Numbered from the stretch's first letter, positions 31,340-40,080 are shown. The stretch: DNA of 64,000 nucleotides from Bacteroidia bacterium (GCA_030427255.1 JAUHWY010000001.1:48141-112140), one strand, 5' to 3'. The notes: generated by a model from the sequence alone, not told the origin. Made by a program: numbers and translations.

Positions 31340-31665
31340 CCTACTGAGACAGTTGATACGTTGCGTTTTCAAGACGAAGTCCCCGACCGAAGCGTCAGGG
31401 AAGCAGTCCCTGACCGAAGCGTCAGGGAAGCAGTCCCTGACCCAAGCGTCAGGGAAGCAGTCCCTGACCGAAGCGTCAGGGGTTTAAGGCGCAGGCAAAT
31501 AGAAAGGCCTCTGACGCTTCGGTCAGGACAGGCCGGAGTTTACTAGTTGTAAATGAGGACCCTGAGATTTGCCCATAACGCAGACCCTGGCGTTCCTGTC
31601 AGGGTTTATAATCCCGACCGCAGCGTCAGGGCAGGATTGCCGTCAGAATAGCATCGCATCAACAG
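31340..31665. repeat. REP/BIME-like composite cluster with a 4-copy 27-bp tandem array (GACCGAAGCGTCAGGGAAGCAGTCCCT, 31385-31483)
   Basis: Tandem units seen directly. The 3' half (31520-31660) is homologous to 51840-51990, with a shared ...CAGAATAGC terminus. Confidence 0.6.
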
Positions 31666-31762
31666 TTTCCTACTTTGGCAACGAGCCAATTTTTACAGCG
31701 GCGTCAGGATTACCCTATGTATTAAAACAGCGTAGTCGATTTAGCCAATGAAGGGAATGAAA

Positions 31763-32722
31763 CTAAACGGTCGTTGGAGACTTGGTAATTTCGGCCATAT
31801 CTTCTGCCTCCATTGGCCTATTTATCGTCTCTAAAACCCAGTCTTTATCTTTGGTTTTAGGAAAATTGGCCAAAGGCTGACCCATATAATCAAGCCTTTT
31901 TCCCGGGTAAATGCAGCTTTGCCATAAGTATTTAAGGATACTGGGCTGGTCTAAGTTTGGGTGGATATAGGGCGCAATGTGTTTTTTGTGGTATTCCGGG
32001 TAAAGCGACCAATGTAGGGCAGGGCGCATGTGATGCGCTCCATGGTACCCATTGTTGCACACCAAGTAATTGAAAAGCTTTCCGGTAAAGTTTCTGGAAT
32101 GGTTGTAAGGGTGTTTTTCGTCGCAACCATCGTGCTGCCAAAAGTTGGTTCCAAAAATTCCCCAAACGGCGTACACATTTGGTATAATGAGCCAAAGCAA
32201 TGCCAATTTCCAATCGATGGCAAACCAAAGGATTTTCCAAGCGCAAGCAAAAGCAACTTCGGTATAATAGCGCCTGGCCCAAACCGGTTTTTTGGGAGCT
32301 ACATGTTTAACAAAGCGATTTTCTGTGCGAATAATCCCGGGAATCATTACAAAGAAAAACAACAGTTGGTTCAGCAAATTCCAGCGGAACCTCATTTTCC
32401 AAGTTCTGGTATTGTCTTTATCGGTTTGTAGATGTTTGTGGTGGCTTAGGTTATGTCCGGGTACATAACCGGTGGCAGGGCTTCCAAAGGCTAGCGTAAG
32501 TAATATTTGATGAACCCTATTTAGGGTGGTATGGTAAAAAATAGGACAATGGATGGAGTTGTGGATGGTAATGGCTACCATAAAGTTTAAGGCACACAGA
32601 ATTCCAAGCATAGGGATAACCCAAACCCAAGAAATCGGAACAAAAAACCAAGCTCCCAAAAAGGCCACGAAATAAAGGCCCAAGAACAAGAGCGATCTTG
32701 AATCTGCGCGGTAGCGTAACAT
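31763..32722 (-). CDS. Membrane fatty-acid desaturase family protein
   Basis: Histidine boxes HNLSHHKH and HGAHHMRP; multi-TM. Confidence 0.75.
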   Translation of the reverse strand: MLRYRADSRSLLFLGLYFVAFLGAWFFVPISWVWVIPMLGILCALNFMVAITIHNSIHCPIFYHTTLNRVHQILLTLAFGSPATGYVPGHNLSHHKHLQTDKDNTRTWKMRFRWNLLNQLLFFFVMIPGIIRTENRFVKHVAPKKPVWARRYYTEVAFACAWKILWFAIDWKLALLWLIIPNVYAVWGIFGTNFWQHDGCDEKHPYNHSRNFTGKLFNYLVCNNGYHGAHHMRPALHWSLYPEYHKKHIAPYIHPNLDQPSILKYLWQSCIYPGKRLDYMGQPLANFPKTKDKDWVLETINRPMEAEDMAEITKSPTTV

Positions 32723-32892
32723 AGGCTAAAAAGGCTAAGTCAAAAGTATGAAAATGAACCTTATAAACAGATTAGCTTTTGGAGCTTGCTCCAAAAAAAA
32801 TAGCCAGCTTCGGGAATACGCTTAAAAATTAAGGCAATTTGTAAAAAAAGTTTGTGAGAAATTGCTCAATGCGTACATTTGCATCCCGCCAA

Positions 32893-32980
32893 GGTGAGGT
32901 GGGTGAGTGGCTTAAACCAGCAGTTTGCTAAACTGCCGTACTCGAACAGGGTACCGGGGGTTCGAATCCCCCCCTCACCG
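32893..32980 (+). tRNA. tRNA-Ser (anticodon GCT), class II with a long variable arm
   Basis: Acceptor GGTGAGG/CCTCACC, anticodon stem GCAGT/ACTGC with loop TTGCTAA, T-arm GGGGG-TTCGAAT-CCCCC, discriminator G. Confidence 0.7.
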
Positions 32981-32987
32981 CAGCACT

Positions 32988-33062
32988 CGGGGTGTAGCGT
33001 AGCCCGGTTATCGCGCCTGCTTTGGGAGCAGGAGGTCGCAAGTTCGAATCTTGCCACCCCGA
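32988..33062 (+). tRNA. tRNA-Pro (anticodon TGG)
   Basis: Acceptor CGGGGTG/CACCCCG, anticodon stem CCTGC/GCAGG with loop TTTGGGA, T-arm GCAAG-TTCGAAT-CTTGC. Confidence 0.85.
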
Positions 33063-33068
33063 CTTTTA

Positions 33069-33104
33069 CAAGGGTTGTGGTTTTACCATAACCCTTGTTT
33101 TTTT
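33069..33104 (+). terminator. Terminator-like hairpin between tRNA-Pro and tRNA-Arg
   Basis: CAAGGGTTGTGG-TTTT-CCATAACCCTTG followed by T7. Confidence 0.45.
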
Positions 33105-33111
33105 GAGCCAA

Positions 33112-33185
33112 GGTCCCATAGCTCAGCTGGATAGAGCAACTGCCTTCTAAGCAGTAGGTCTCAGGTTCGAATCCTGATGGGACTA
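33112..33185 (+). tRNA. tRNA-Arg (anticodon TCT)
   Basis: Acceptor GGTCCCA/TGGGACT, D-arm GCTC/GAGC, anticodon stem ACTGC/GCAGT with loop CTTCTAA, T-arm TCAGG-TTCGAAT-CCTGA. Confidence 0.9.
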
Positions 33186-33443
33186 CTTTTGTTTTCTGTA
33201 AATTGCTGATTTACAGGTATTGGGAAACTTGCCTTTCTGATTTGTAGACACATTTGTAGACACATTTTCGGGAATTGCTCCAATTTGCGCTACTTGCTGC
33301 CGGCTCGTGTTGCTCTTTTTTATGGTGTCGGTTTAGTTGGCTACCGGCATCCAATCGGTTTTCCCTTGTCGGGTGCATACTCGGTGCCGGTCGCTATTTC
33401 TCCCTACTTCTTCTGTAATGTAATCTTTATGGAGGTAGGCTAT

Positions 33444-34454
33444 TCAATTGCAAAGTCCTTTTATCATTTCGTAAGCATCAGCGAATCCTAGCTCTCCAGC
33501 TTTACTCCAGTCCCAACAAGCTCCGTTTTTGTCTCCGAGATTGTATTTTGAGACACCTCTGTTGAAATAAGCATCTTGATACCCAGGGTCTAGTTCTATA
33601 GCCTTGTTATAATCTGCTATTGCTCCTCTGGAGTCTTCGAGCCTCTCCTTTGCCGCACCTCTGTTGTGATAAGCTTCTTTATACCCAGGGTCTAGTTCTA
33701 TTGCCTTATTACAGTCTGAAATAGCTCCTCTATAGTCTCCGAGATTGTACTTTGACGCACCTCTGTTGTAATAAGCTTTTTTATACCCAGGGTCAAGTTC
33801 TATTGCCTTGTTATAATCTGCTATTGCTCCTTTATAATCTCCGAGGCTTTCCTTTGCCGTACCTCTCATGAAATAAGCGTTTTCATGCCCAGGGTCTAGC
33901 TCTATTGCCTTATTACCGTCTGAAATAGCTCCTCTATAGTCTCCGAGAGTGTACTTTGCTATACCTCTGCTGTAATAAGCGGCTACATAGGAAGGGTTTA
34001 GCTCTATAGCCTTGTTAAAGTCTGCTATTGCTCCTCTGGAGTCTCCAAGTTTGCCCTTTGCCCCACCTCTTATGAAATAAGCGTCTACATACAAAGGGGC
34101 ACGCTCTATTGCCTTATTACAGTCTGAAATAGCTCCTCTATAGTCTCCGAGATTGTACTTTGACGCACCTCTGTGTTCATAAGCTTCTAAATACCCAGGG
34201 TCTAGTTCTATAGCCTTGTTATAATCTGCTATTGCTCCTCTAAAGTCTTCAAGCCTCTCCTTTGCCCTACCTCTTATGAAATAAGCACCTTTATCCCCAG
34301 GGTCTAGTTCTATAGCCTTGTTAAAGTCTGCTATTGCTCCTCTATTGTCTCCGAGATTGTACTTTGCCAGACCTCTGTCAAGGTATTCTTCCGCAGTCTG
34401 ACTAAATACATTGCTACTCCAAAAAAGCAAAAAAATAAAAAATACGTTTTTCAT
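33444..34454 (-). CDS. Secreted TPR-repeat protein (nine near-identical 34-aa TPR units)
   Basis: Signal peptide and a repeated ...GAIADYNKAIELDPGY...AYFxRG... unit. The DNA is internally repetitive. Confidence 0.8.
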   Translation of the reverse strand: MKNVFFIFLLFWSSNVFSQTAEEYLDRGLAKYNLGDNRGAIADFNKAIELDPGDKGAYFIRGRAKERLEDFRGAIADYNKAIELDPGYLEAYEHRGASKYNLGDYRGAISDCNKAIERAPLYVDAYFIRGGAKGKLGDSRGAIADFNKAIELNPSYVAAYYSRGIAKYTLGDYRGAISDGNKAIELDPGHENAYFMRGTAKESLGDYKGAIADYNKAIELDPGYKKAYYNRGASKYNLGDYRGAISDCNKAIELDPGYKEAYHNRGAAKERLEDSRGAIADYNKAIELDPGYQDAYFNRGVSKYNLGDKNGACWDWSKAGELGFADAYEMIKGLCN

Positions 34455-34539
34455 TTTAGTTCGTTATTGGTTAAAAACTCCTTTAGGTTATTTGCAATAG
34501 GCAGTTCCGCTCAATTATTGATGCCATGTCGTTTACTTT

Positions 34540-34845
34540 TTATGGATTGGCTGCTTCTTGTTTGTGTACTTGAAAAACCACTTCCCCCGGCCATGTCTGC
34601 GTCGGGGTATTGTCGCTTTCGGCTGCCGGTGGGGGTGTTACTAAGACCAAAAGCTTAACCATGATTTCAAGGTATGCCTTGGGGTTCGTTTCTGCCAAGG
34701 TATTGAGGCTTGCCTCCATTTTTTCGCCTTGCCCCTGCAAAGCTTGGCCGATTAACTTTCGGGCTTGCTCGGTTAGCTTGTTGGGGACTCCTTTTCGGGT
34801 TCCGCTTTTTCCTGCCTTGGTTCCGGTGTCGGAGTTGAATTGCAC
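34540..34845 (-). CDS. Hypothetical protein (101 aa), island cargo
   Basis: ORF only; no motif. Confidence 0.3.
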   Translation of the reverse strand: MQFNSDTGTKAGKSGTRKGVPNKLTEQARKLIGQALQGQGEKMEASLNTLAETNPKAYLEIMVKLLVLVTPPPAAESDNTPTQTWPGEVVFQVHKQEAANP

Positions 34846-35021
34846 TTTCCGTTACTTTGGTTTGTGTGGGTGTACGTTACCGGGAATGGGTTGTTTCAAA
34901 ATAAATAGCCCAATGATTGACTTTTCCCCTCTACTTGAACGGTGAATAACGCTCATTCAATCTTTAGGCTTGGCCTGCCAAAAATAGGAAATTCCTAGAT
35001 TTAATTAAATGCTTTGGAGCT

Positions 35022-35453
35022 ATGGATAAATTAACAGACGATTGGGTTCAGCTTACAGACGGTCGGGAACCGATTTACTTTTACCTTGTCGAGGAACATG
35101 TTACTACCTTTGGAAAAGATGAGGGTAGGAATGAGCCCATTAGTTACGCTAAAGAATTTAATGGACCCAATTTGCGAAAGTGCAAAGAAGATGCAGAAGC
35201 ATACTATTGGGAAAGGTTAGAGGGCTTAGAAAAGGCCGGTTCCTACTTTTTGCCATTTGCAAGCCATTCAAATTTTGAGTTTGGCAAAAACGCTGCATTT
35301 TCTATTTATCTATCTTTAGTTGAGTACTATGATGAAGACGATTTTTTCCTTCACACTATTTTGGGGGATGATGAAGAGGAAATGGTCGAGGCTAGGGAAG
35401 CAGAAGCGTACATACTTAGCGAAAGGGAGGATGAAGAGGATGAAGAGTTCTAG
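35022..35453 (+). CDS. Highly acidic 143-aa protein with a poly-Asp/Glu C-terminal tail (ends EREDEEDEEF); the only plus-strand island gene
   Basis: ORF flanked by 22-bp direct repeats CGGTGAATAACGCTCATTCAAT (34940-34961 and 35515-35536). Confidence 0.5.
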   Translation: MDKLTDDWVQLTDGREPIYFYLVEEHVTTFGKDEGRNEPISYAKEFNGPNLRKCKEDAEAYYWERLEGLEKAGSYFLPFASHSNFEFGKNAAFSIYLSLVEYYDEDDFFLHTILGDDEEEMVEAREAEAYILSEREDEEDEEF

Positions 35454-35531
35454 CTTTTTTCTAAAATAGCACATAGGTAGGTCCGGTTTTTGGTTGTTTC
35501 CCCCCACTAGTAAGCGGTGAATAACGCTCAT

Positions 35532-36482
35532 TCAATAGCTCGAAGAGCTCGCCCAATGGTTGGCCATTTTCGCATCCTTTAGGCTTGGGAAACAAATCGC
35601 TCGGAGCTCGTTTCTTATTTCGTTTGATGTTTGCGCCCAATGCACTAAGCCGGCATCCTGCAAACGGTTGTTTAGCTTGGTGCGCTCCCTTCTGAATTGC
35701 TGTGGGTTTTCCCGTGAAAGGGAAATGAAATACCGGGGGTTGGTCCATTCTTTGTTCCATGTGGCCACCTCGGACCGGGCCTCTTTTTCTTGCGGCACAA
35801 ATAACACCTCGTTTAGGCTTTCCTCTATCTTATGCCTCAACTTAGATAAACGGCTCGGGTTGGCTAAGTCGGCAAAGGTTGAAATACCCATTTGGTTTAG
35901 TTGTCTCATTTTGGAATAATGCCTTTCCCATCGAATGAGCTTTTCCGGGTCCGTATTTTGCACCTCCATCGCTGTTTCTATTTCCTTGGTGTACTGCCTA
36001 CCTTTTGCGTAAAGCTTGTCTCCAAACTCGCTTTTGGTGGCCACTACTCCAAACTTCCGATCGCTTAACATCGCCTCAAATGGTGTGGATTTATGGAGGA
36101 ACGCTCCTTTCAAGATTTCTTGGGCCCTGTGGCTTGTCCGCACGTTCGCCCCTGCTTCTAAGTTCTCTAATTGGATTTCGTGCGGTGAAACGCCCAAATG
36201 GTCGGAAATGGAAATGAGGCCTTCCAAAAGTTGTCGAAAATCCAAGGGCTTCCAGTTCGCCCCACCTTGTTGGTGCTTATGTATGGAGCCGGAAAGGATT
36301 ATTCTTGTGGGGCTGCCGGCAGCAGGGAAAAAGCCCTTGGCCTTCATGGAGCCAAAATAATACTCCTGCCAAGGGCTTATTTCGCCTGTGCGCTCATTCA
36401 CCACCATTTGCCATTCTATGGCCTCGCTTGCTTCTTTAGGAAACGCTAGGGGGTGAATACTAGCTTTTAGAAAGTCTATCAC
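35532..36482 (-). CDS. Putative replication initiation protein, Rep_trans-like (weak)
   Basis: 316 aa; the segment GDKLYAKGRQYTKE...LIRWERHYSK loosely resembles the RIYNKKQE...HLWRVEIELK region of rolling-circle Rep_trans initiators. Context is int/xis/regulator. Confidence 0.35.
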   Translation of the reverse strand: MIDFLKASIHPLAFPKEASEAIEWQMVVNERTGEISPWQEYYFGSMKAKGFFPAAGSPTRIILSGSIHKHQQGGANWKPLDFRQLLEGLISISDHLGVSPHEIQLENLEAGANVRTSHRAQEILKGAFLHKSTPFEAMLSDRKFGVVATKSEFGDKLYAKGRQYTKEIETAMEVQNTDPEKLIRWERHYSKMRQLNQMGISTFADLANPSRLSKLRHKIEESLNEVLFVPQEKEARSEVATWNKEWTNPRYFISLSRENPQQFRRERTKLNNRLQDAGLVHWAQTSNEIRNELRAICFPSLKDAKMANHWASSSSY

Positions 36483-36514
36483 TATCTTTGATTGCTAGTC
36501 GGTTCAAACGGCTA

Positions 36515-36874
36515 TCAAATTGCACCGAAGAGGCCCATTTGTTGGGCCTTTTCTTTTTTATGGCCGTAGTGCTCAACCGGCAAACCGGTTTCTCGCTCCG
36601 TGTCGATTTTGTTCTCTACACGAACAAGCCCTTCTTTTTTGAGCTTGTTTAGGACGCTGCATAAAGAGGACTCTCTAATTTTGAGAACTTCTTGCAATTT
36701 TAACCTTGAAAACGTGGCTTCCGGGAAAGTCCCTAGGAATTGCAAAATTCTCTCTTTATGCTTTAGGTGCGCAAGCTCTCTCGCATAGGTACGGTAAGCT
36801 TCTAGGGAGTTCCGGTGCATCCTGTGGTTTGGGTGCTTAATTCCCCTACCTAGGGTTTGGTTATCGCTCTTCAT
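36515..36874 (-). CDS. Winged-helix DNA-binding transcriptional regulator (119 aa)
   Basis: wHTH-like segment ...RILQFLGTFPEATFSRLKLQEVLKIRESSLCSVLNKLKKEGLVRV...; 4-nt overlap with the xis-like gene. Confidence 0.5.
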   Translation of the reverse strand: MKSDNQTLGRGIKHPNHRMHRNSLEAYRTYARELAHLKHKERILQFLGTFPEATFSRLKLQEVLKIRESSLCSVLNKLKKEGLVRVENKIDTERETGLPVEHYGHKKEKAQQMGLFGAI

Positions 36875-37140
36875 CGCTTGGCCCTCCCTTTTAATTGTTG
36901 TTCAATCTCGGAGCGCAAGAATAGGACCCTTTTCCCCATCCGGTAGCCTTTAATTACTCCCTGCTTTTCCAGTTTGTTAATGGTCGGGAAACTGATTTTG
37001 AATTGTGCCCGGACTTGGTCCCGGGTCAACCACTTTTCAGTTTGTTGGCCGCTTTCGCTTTGGCCTTGTTCTTTGATGTGCTCGTGAATTTCGAGAACGG
37101 CGTTCTCAATAACTCGCAAACGGTTTTCTAGGTTTTGCAT
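36871..37140 (-). CDS. xis: Excisionase/MerR-type HTH DNA-binding protein (Xis-like)
   Basis: LTRDQVRAQFKISFPTINKLEKQGVIKGYRMGKRVLFLRSEI matches the excisionase HTH_17 pattern. Confidence 0.6.
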   Translation of the reverse strand: MQNLENRLRVIENAVLEIHEHIKEQGQSESGQQTEKWLTRDQVRAQFKISFPTINKLEKQGVIKGYRMGKRVLFLRSEIEQQLKGRAKR

Positions 37141-37184
37141 AATTTAAAAATTGATTTAATGCAAAGCTATTACCGCTCAAAGTC

Positions 37185-37237
37185 AGAAACTTAGGAAACT
37201 TAGGGAGGAAAACTTAGGAAACTTAGGAAACTTAGGT
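37185..37237. repeat. Five tandem iteron-like 9-10-bp repeats, (G)AAACTTAGG
   Basis: Seen directly; located between the orf315 stop and the xis start. Confidence 0.65.
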
Positions 37238-37247
37238 TTTGTTTTAT

Positions 37248-38195
37248 TTAGCTAGATAATAGATTGTTTATCTTTATCAAATAGCCCTTATTTTTCTTTA
37301 GTGGTGAAGTTTCTAGTTTTCGCAAAAGTCTAATAACGGTTCTCTCCGTTACGCCCTTACCGCCACCCTCGTAGTTTATTAAATACTCGCCTATTCTGTC
37401 TAAAGCTGCATTATCTTTAACTAAGTCAGAAACTATACCTGCATTACTCTTAATTCCGTCCAATTTTTTAAGGCCTGTTTTCTCTGTCATAAAATCATAC
37501 CCATTCAATTTCAATTCATTTTTGAAATCATAACCAGTAATCCCACAGAACAAAATGCAAAGGTTTTCCTTGCTCCGGCCGCCCCTCAACCATTCAAAAA
37601 ACTTTTCCCATAATCCATCATTTGATTGAGTTTCCGGCTTAGAATCTTCCCTTCCTTCTTTGTCGGGGTCAACCTCATTTGGTCTAGGTACAACTTCCTT
37701 GGGTTCATTATCGGGGGTCCACCTACTAATTGTTATGCCTTGGTCACTACTATTCAAACTATTTTGTAATTCAAAGAATTGCTCCCATTGGTATTGTTGA
37801 CCAAAGCCAAGGGTTTTCTCTAATTCTTTGAGCCTAGCATGGAATAGTTCAAAGTCAACCGCCCTATCATGGCTCCCAAAAAAACTAATGTACTTTTGGG
37901 CCCAATCCTTTTGCCTTTGAATGGCTTTTTGTACCAGTCTCAACCCTTTTTCATTATTGTTTCCATACTTCCCAATTGTGGCCTCTATTTCCTCTCCAAG
38001 CTTCCTTTGCTTTTCGATTATTTCAGCCTCCCAATCGGTGTTCTTATAAATGGGGAGTATCATTTCTTGCCACCAATCTTTGTTGACCCTAGCCACTTTA
38101 AACGGAGCCCGGGTCGGTTTATAATCCTCGGGGTTTAATAGAATGGTCCAACCTTTAGGGGGCCTTTTTAATTTTAACGGTTCCTTCCTTTTCAT
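37248..38195 (-). CDS. Hypothetical island protein (315 aa), translationally coupled to the integrase
   Basis: 4-nt overlap with the int stop; no recognisable domain. Confidence 0.5.
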   Translation of the reverse strand: MKRKEPLKLKRPPKGWTILLNPEDYKPTRAPFKVARVNKDWWQEMILPIYKNTDWEAEIIEKQRKLGEEIEATIGKYGNNNEKGLRLVQKAIQRQKDWAQKYISFFGSHDRAVDFELFHARLKELEKTLGFGQQYQWEQFFELQNSLNSSDQGITISRWTPDNEPKEVVPRPNEVDPDKEGREDSKPETQSNDGLWEKFFEWLRGGRSKENLCILFCGITGYDFKNELKLNGYDFMTEKTGLKKLDGIKSNAGIVSDLVKDNAALDRIGEYLINYEGGGKGVTERTVIRLLRKLETSPLKKNKGYLIKINNLLSS

Positions 38196-39487
38196 ACCTG
38201 TGCGCTTAATTCCTTGTACTTCTCTTCAAAAGTCGCAAGTATCATTTCGCTATGCTCCCTAGTGGTCATTTTGATGTAATTAAGAAACACCTTCTCCGAA
38301 CTGTGCCCGGTTATGGCCATAATACTAATGGCCGGCACTCCCATTTTGTATAAGTTGGTGGCAAAGGATCTCCTAGCTGTATGGGAACTGATAAAGTGAA
38401 ACTTAGGCCTTTTTATTTCCTCAACTTCAAAGCCTCTATTCTTGGTTGCCTCTACAGTTTCTACAATACCGGCAAGCTTCCCAATTTCCTTTATAAGGCT
38501 GTTTAGGCTTTGGTCAGGCATGTATGGCAATTCAAAGTCGTACTTTTCTAGGATTTTCTTGGTAGGTGAAAACAACGGAATTTCCACTTCGCTATCGGTC
38601 TTTTGCGCCTTTATTACTATAAACTTACTGTCTATGATGTGCTTTTTCTTAACTCGCTTAAAGTCGGAAATGCGTAAACCAGTCCAACAACCAAAAAGGA
38701 AAAGGTCCCGGGCTTTCTCGTATCTTGGCAAATGCGAAAGATTGAGGCCTTCCAGTTTCTTTAATTCATCCAAGGAAAGAAACACGCTATGAACCTTCTC
38801 CTTTATTACCTTGAACTTTTTGTCTTTGAAAATTTCGTTCTTTGAAATTCCCTCTTCGTATGCTGCTCGAAGTATTGCCTTAATGTTTTTGATGTGTTTC
38901 CCTATGTTATTTGGAGTAAACCTTTTCCCGGTGTCCCTGCCTAGTCTATCCCTGCCTTTACAATAAGCTACAAAAGAGGCGTACCAAGCCATGTCGAAGT
39001 CCTCAAAACCAATGTTCGGTTGATACTCTTCTAAAAGCTTTTTCGTTTGCTGATAAGAGTTCACAACCGAATTTTGACTTAATGGCTTGCCGGCAGCACT
39101 AAGCCTTAGTTTGTGCCCTTCCATGAAATGGTCCACAAATGCAAAAAAGCTCTTGGGCGCAAGCTTTGATCCGGGTGCTTGTTCTTGTTTTTTAGGGTTT
39201 AGGAGCTCTCTAAACTCGTCAAGGGTTGGCTCTATGCCTAATTGCCCAAAGGGCTTGTAAAGTTCGGCTATTGCTTCCTTATAAGCTTCTAATCGCTCGT
39301 TTTTGTAAAATGCGTCAGGGTCGCTCCTTCTTACCTTTTGCTGTTTCTCGTTCCAGTCCTTTACCAAAACGGACTCTCCTACATTCTTGGTAAGCTTTTT
39401 ATAATCCCAACGAATTACGGCTTGTATTGACGCTTCATCGCCCTTGGTTCTGGGCCTCAAATAAAAGTGCACGGTCATAACTATCAA
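38192..39487 (-). CDS. int: Tyrosine-type site-specific recombinase/integrase
   Basis: C-terminal catalytic region ...HTARRSFATNLYKMGVPAISIMAITGHSSEKVFLNYIK... (R..H..R..Y) and an N-terminal SAM-like domain. Confidence 0.9.
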   Translation of the reverse strand: MIVMTVHFYLRPRTKGDEASIQAVIRWDYKKLTKNVGESVLVKDWNEKQQKVRRSDPDAFYKNERLEAYKEAIAELYKPFGQLGIEPTLDEFRELLNPKKQEQAPGSKLAPKSFFAFVDHFMEGHKLRLSAAGKPLSQNSVVNSYQQTKKLLEEYQPNIGFEDFDMAWYASFVAYCKGRDRLGRDTGKRFTPNNIGKHIKNIKAILRAAYEEGISKNEIFKDKKFKVIKEKVHSVFLSLDELKKLEGLNLSHLPRYEKARDLFLFGCWTGLRISDFKRVKKKHIIDSKFIVIKAQKTDSEVEIPLFSPTKKILEKYDFELPYMPDQSLNSLIKEIGKLAGIVETVEATKNRGFEVEEIKRPKFHFISSHTARRSFATNLYKMGVPAISIMAITGHSSEKVFLNYIKMTTREHSEMILATFEEKYKELSAQV

Positions 39488-39904
39488 ATTGCATAGCTAA
39501 GTTAGCACATTTGAAATTTGTGGACACATTTGTGGACATATTTTCTTTATTTCATTTTACTTTAAAGAGTCTTACTTAATCGATAATCCACTAATTACAA
39601 GGGGTGCAAAACTAAAAGGCCTTTATTCTCAATCCTTTTAAAATTGAAAATACGAATCCTGATGGGATCACTAAGAAAGTCCACCGAAAGCCTTTAATGT
39701 TCCAAACCTTGGGAACTAGAGCATGCTTGCATGTTCATAGTTCCTAAGGTTTGGAACGATTTGTTGCCAAAGGCAGCAAATGGGCTTTCGGAATTCGGAG
39801 CATACAGGATCAGGCACAACTCCTGATGAGAATAGAGCGGTCGGGATTTTGGAAAGTAGCCGCAATCTCTCCCTCATTTCAAAAAGACTTAGAGAATTTT
39901 AAAT

Positions 39905-40080
39905 TAAAAGCCCGCAGCGTATGCCATCTTATTAGAATGGCCCCCCTGCCCGGCGGAGGGGCCGCTGCCACCAAAGCCCGCAGGGGCAGGACTGAGGAGG
40001 CCCCCCTCAGTTATGGGGGGGACCCCGCAAGCCTTGCCCCTGCGTGGCTTTGGTGGTAGCGCACCGGAGTATGGGCAGGA
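39905..40080. repeat. GC-rich intergenic element, copy D (divergent; long imperfect hairpin)
   Basis: CTGCCACCAAAGCCCGCAGGGGCAGG pairs with CCTTGCCCCTGCGTGGCTTTGGTGG. It is ~70% GC and shares AAAGCCCGxAGG-type blocks with copies A-C. Confidence 0.4.

Larger units (their letters stand above)
33168..39667. mobile_element. ~6.5-kb integrative island inserted at the 3' end of tRNA-Arg(TCT), bounded by a 15-bp direct repeat CGAATCCTGATGGGA (33168-33182 and 39653-39667); satellite/PICI-like gene order
   Basis: The tRNA 3'-end sequence is duplicated 6.5 kb downstream, just beyond a tyrosine integrase gene. Between the repeats lie int, xis, a wHTH regulator, a Rep-like gene and cargo. Confidence 0.75.

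Noticed and set aside
31385-31483. Possible CRISPR array (27-bp repeats)
   Set aside because: The units are contiguous with no spacers and are REP palindromes. No cas genes are nearby.
31266-31546. Two ORFs encoding repeated TEASGKQSL / VPDRSVREA peptides
   Set aside because: They are translations of the 27-bp tandem REP array, not genes.
32866-33111. ORFs of 81 aa and 70 aa across the tRNA cluster
   Set aside because: They overlap three well-folded tRNA genes.
39751-40059. 102-aa ORF downstream of the island
   Set aside because: It lies within GC-rich element D and the long hairpin. It has Gly/Ala/Pro-rich composition and no start context.
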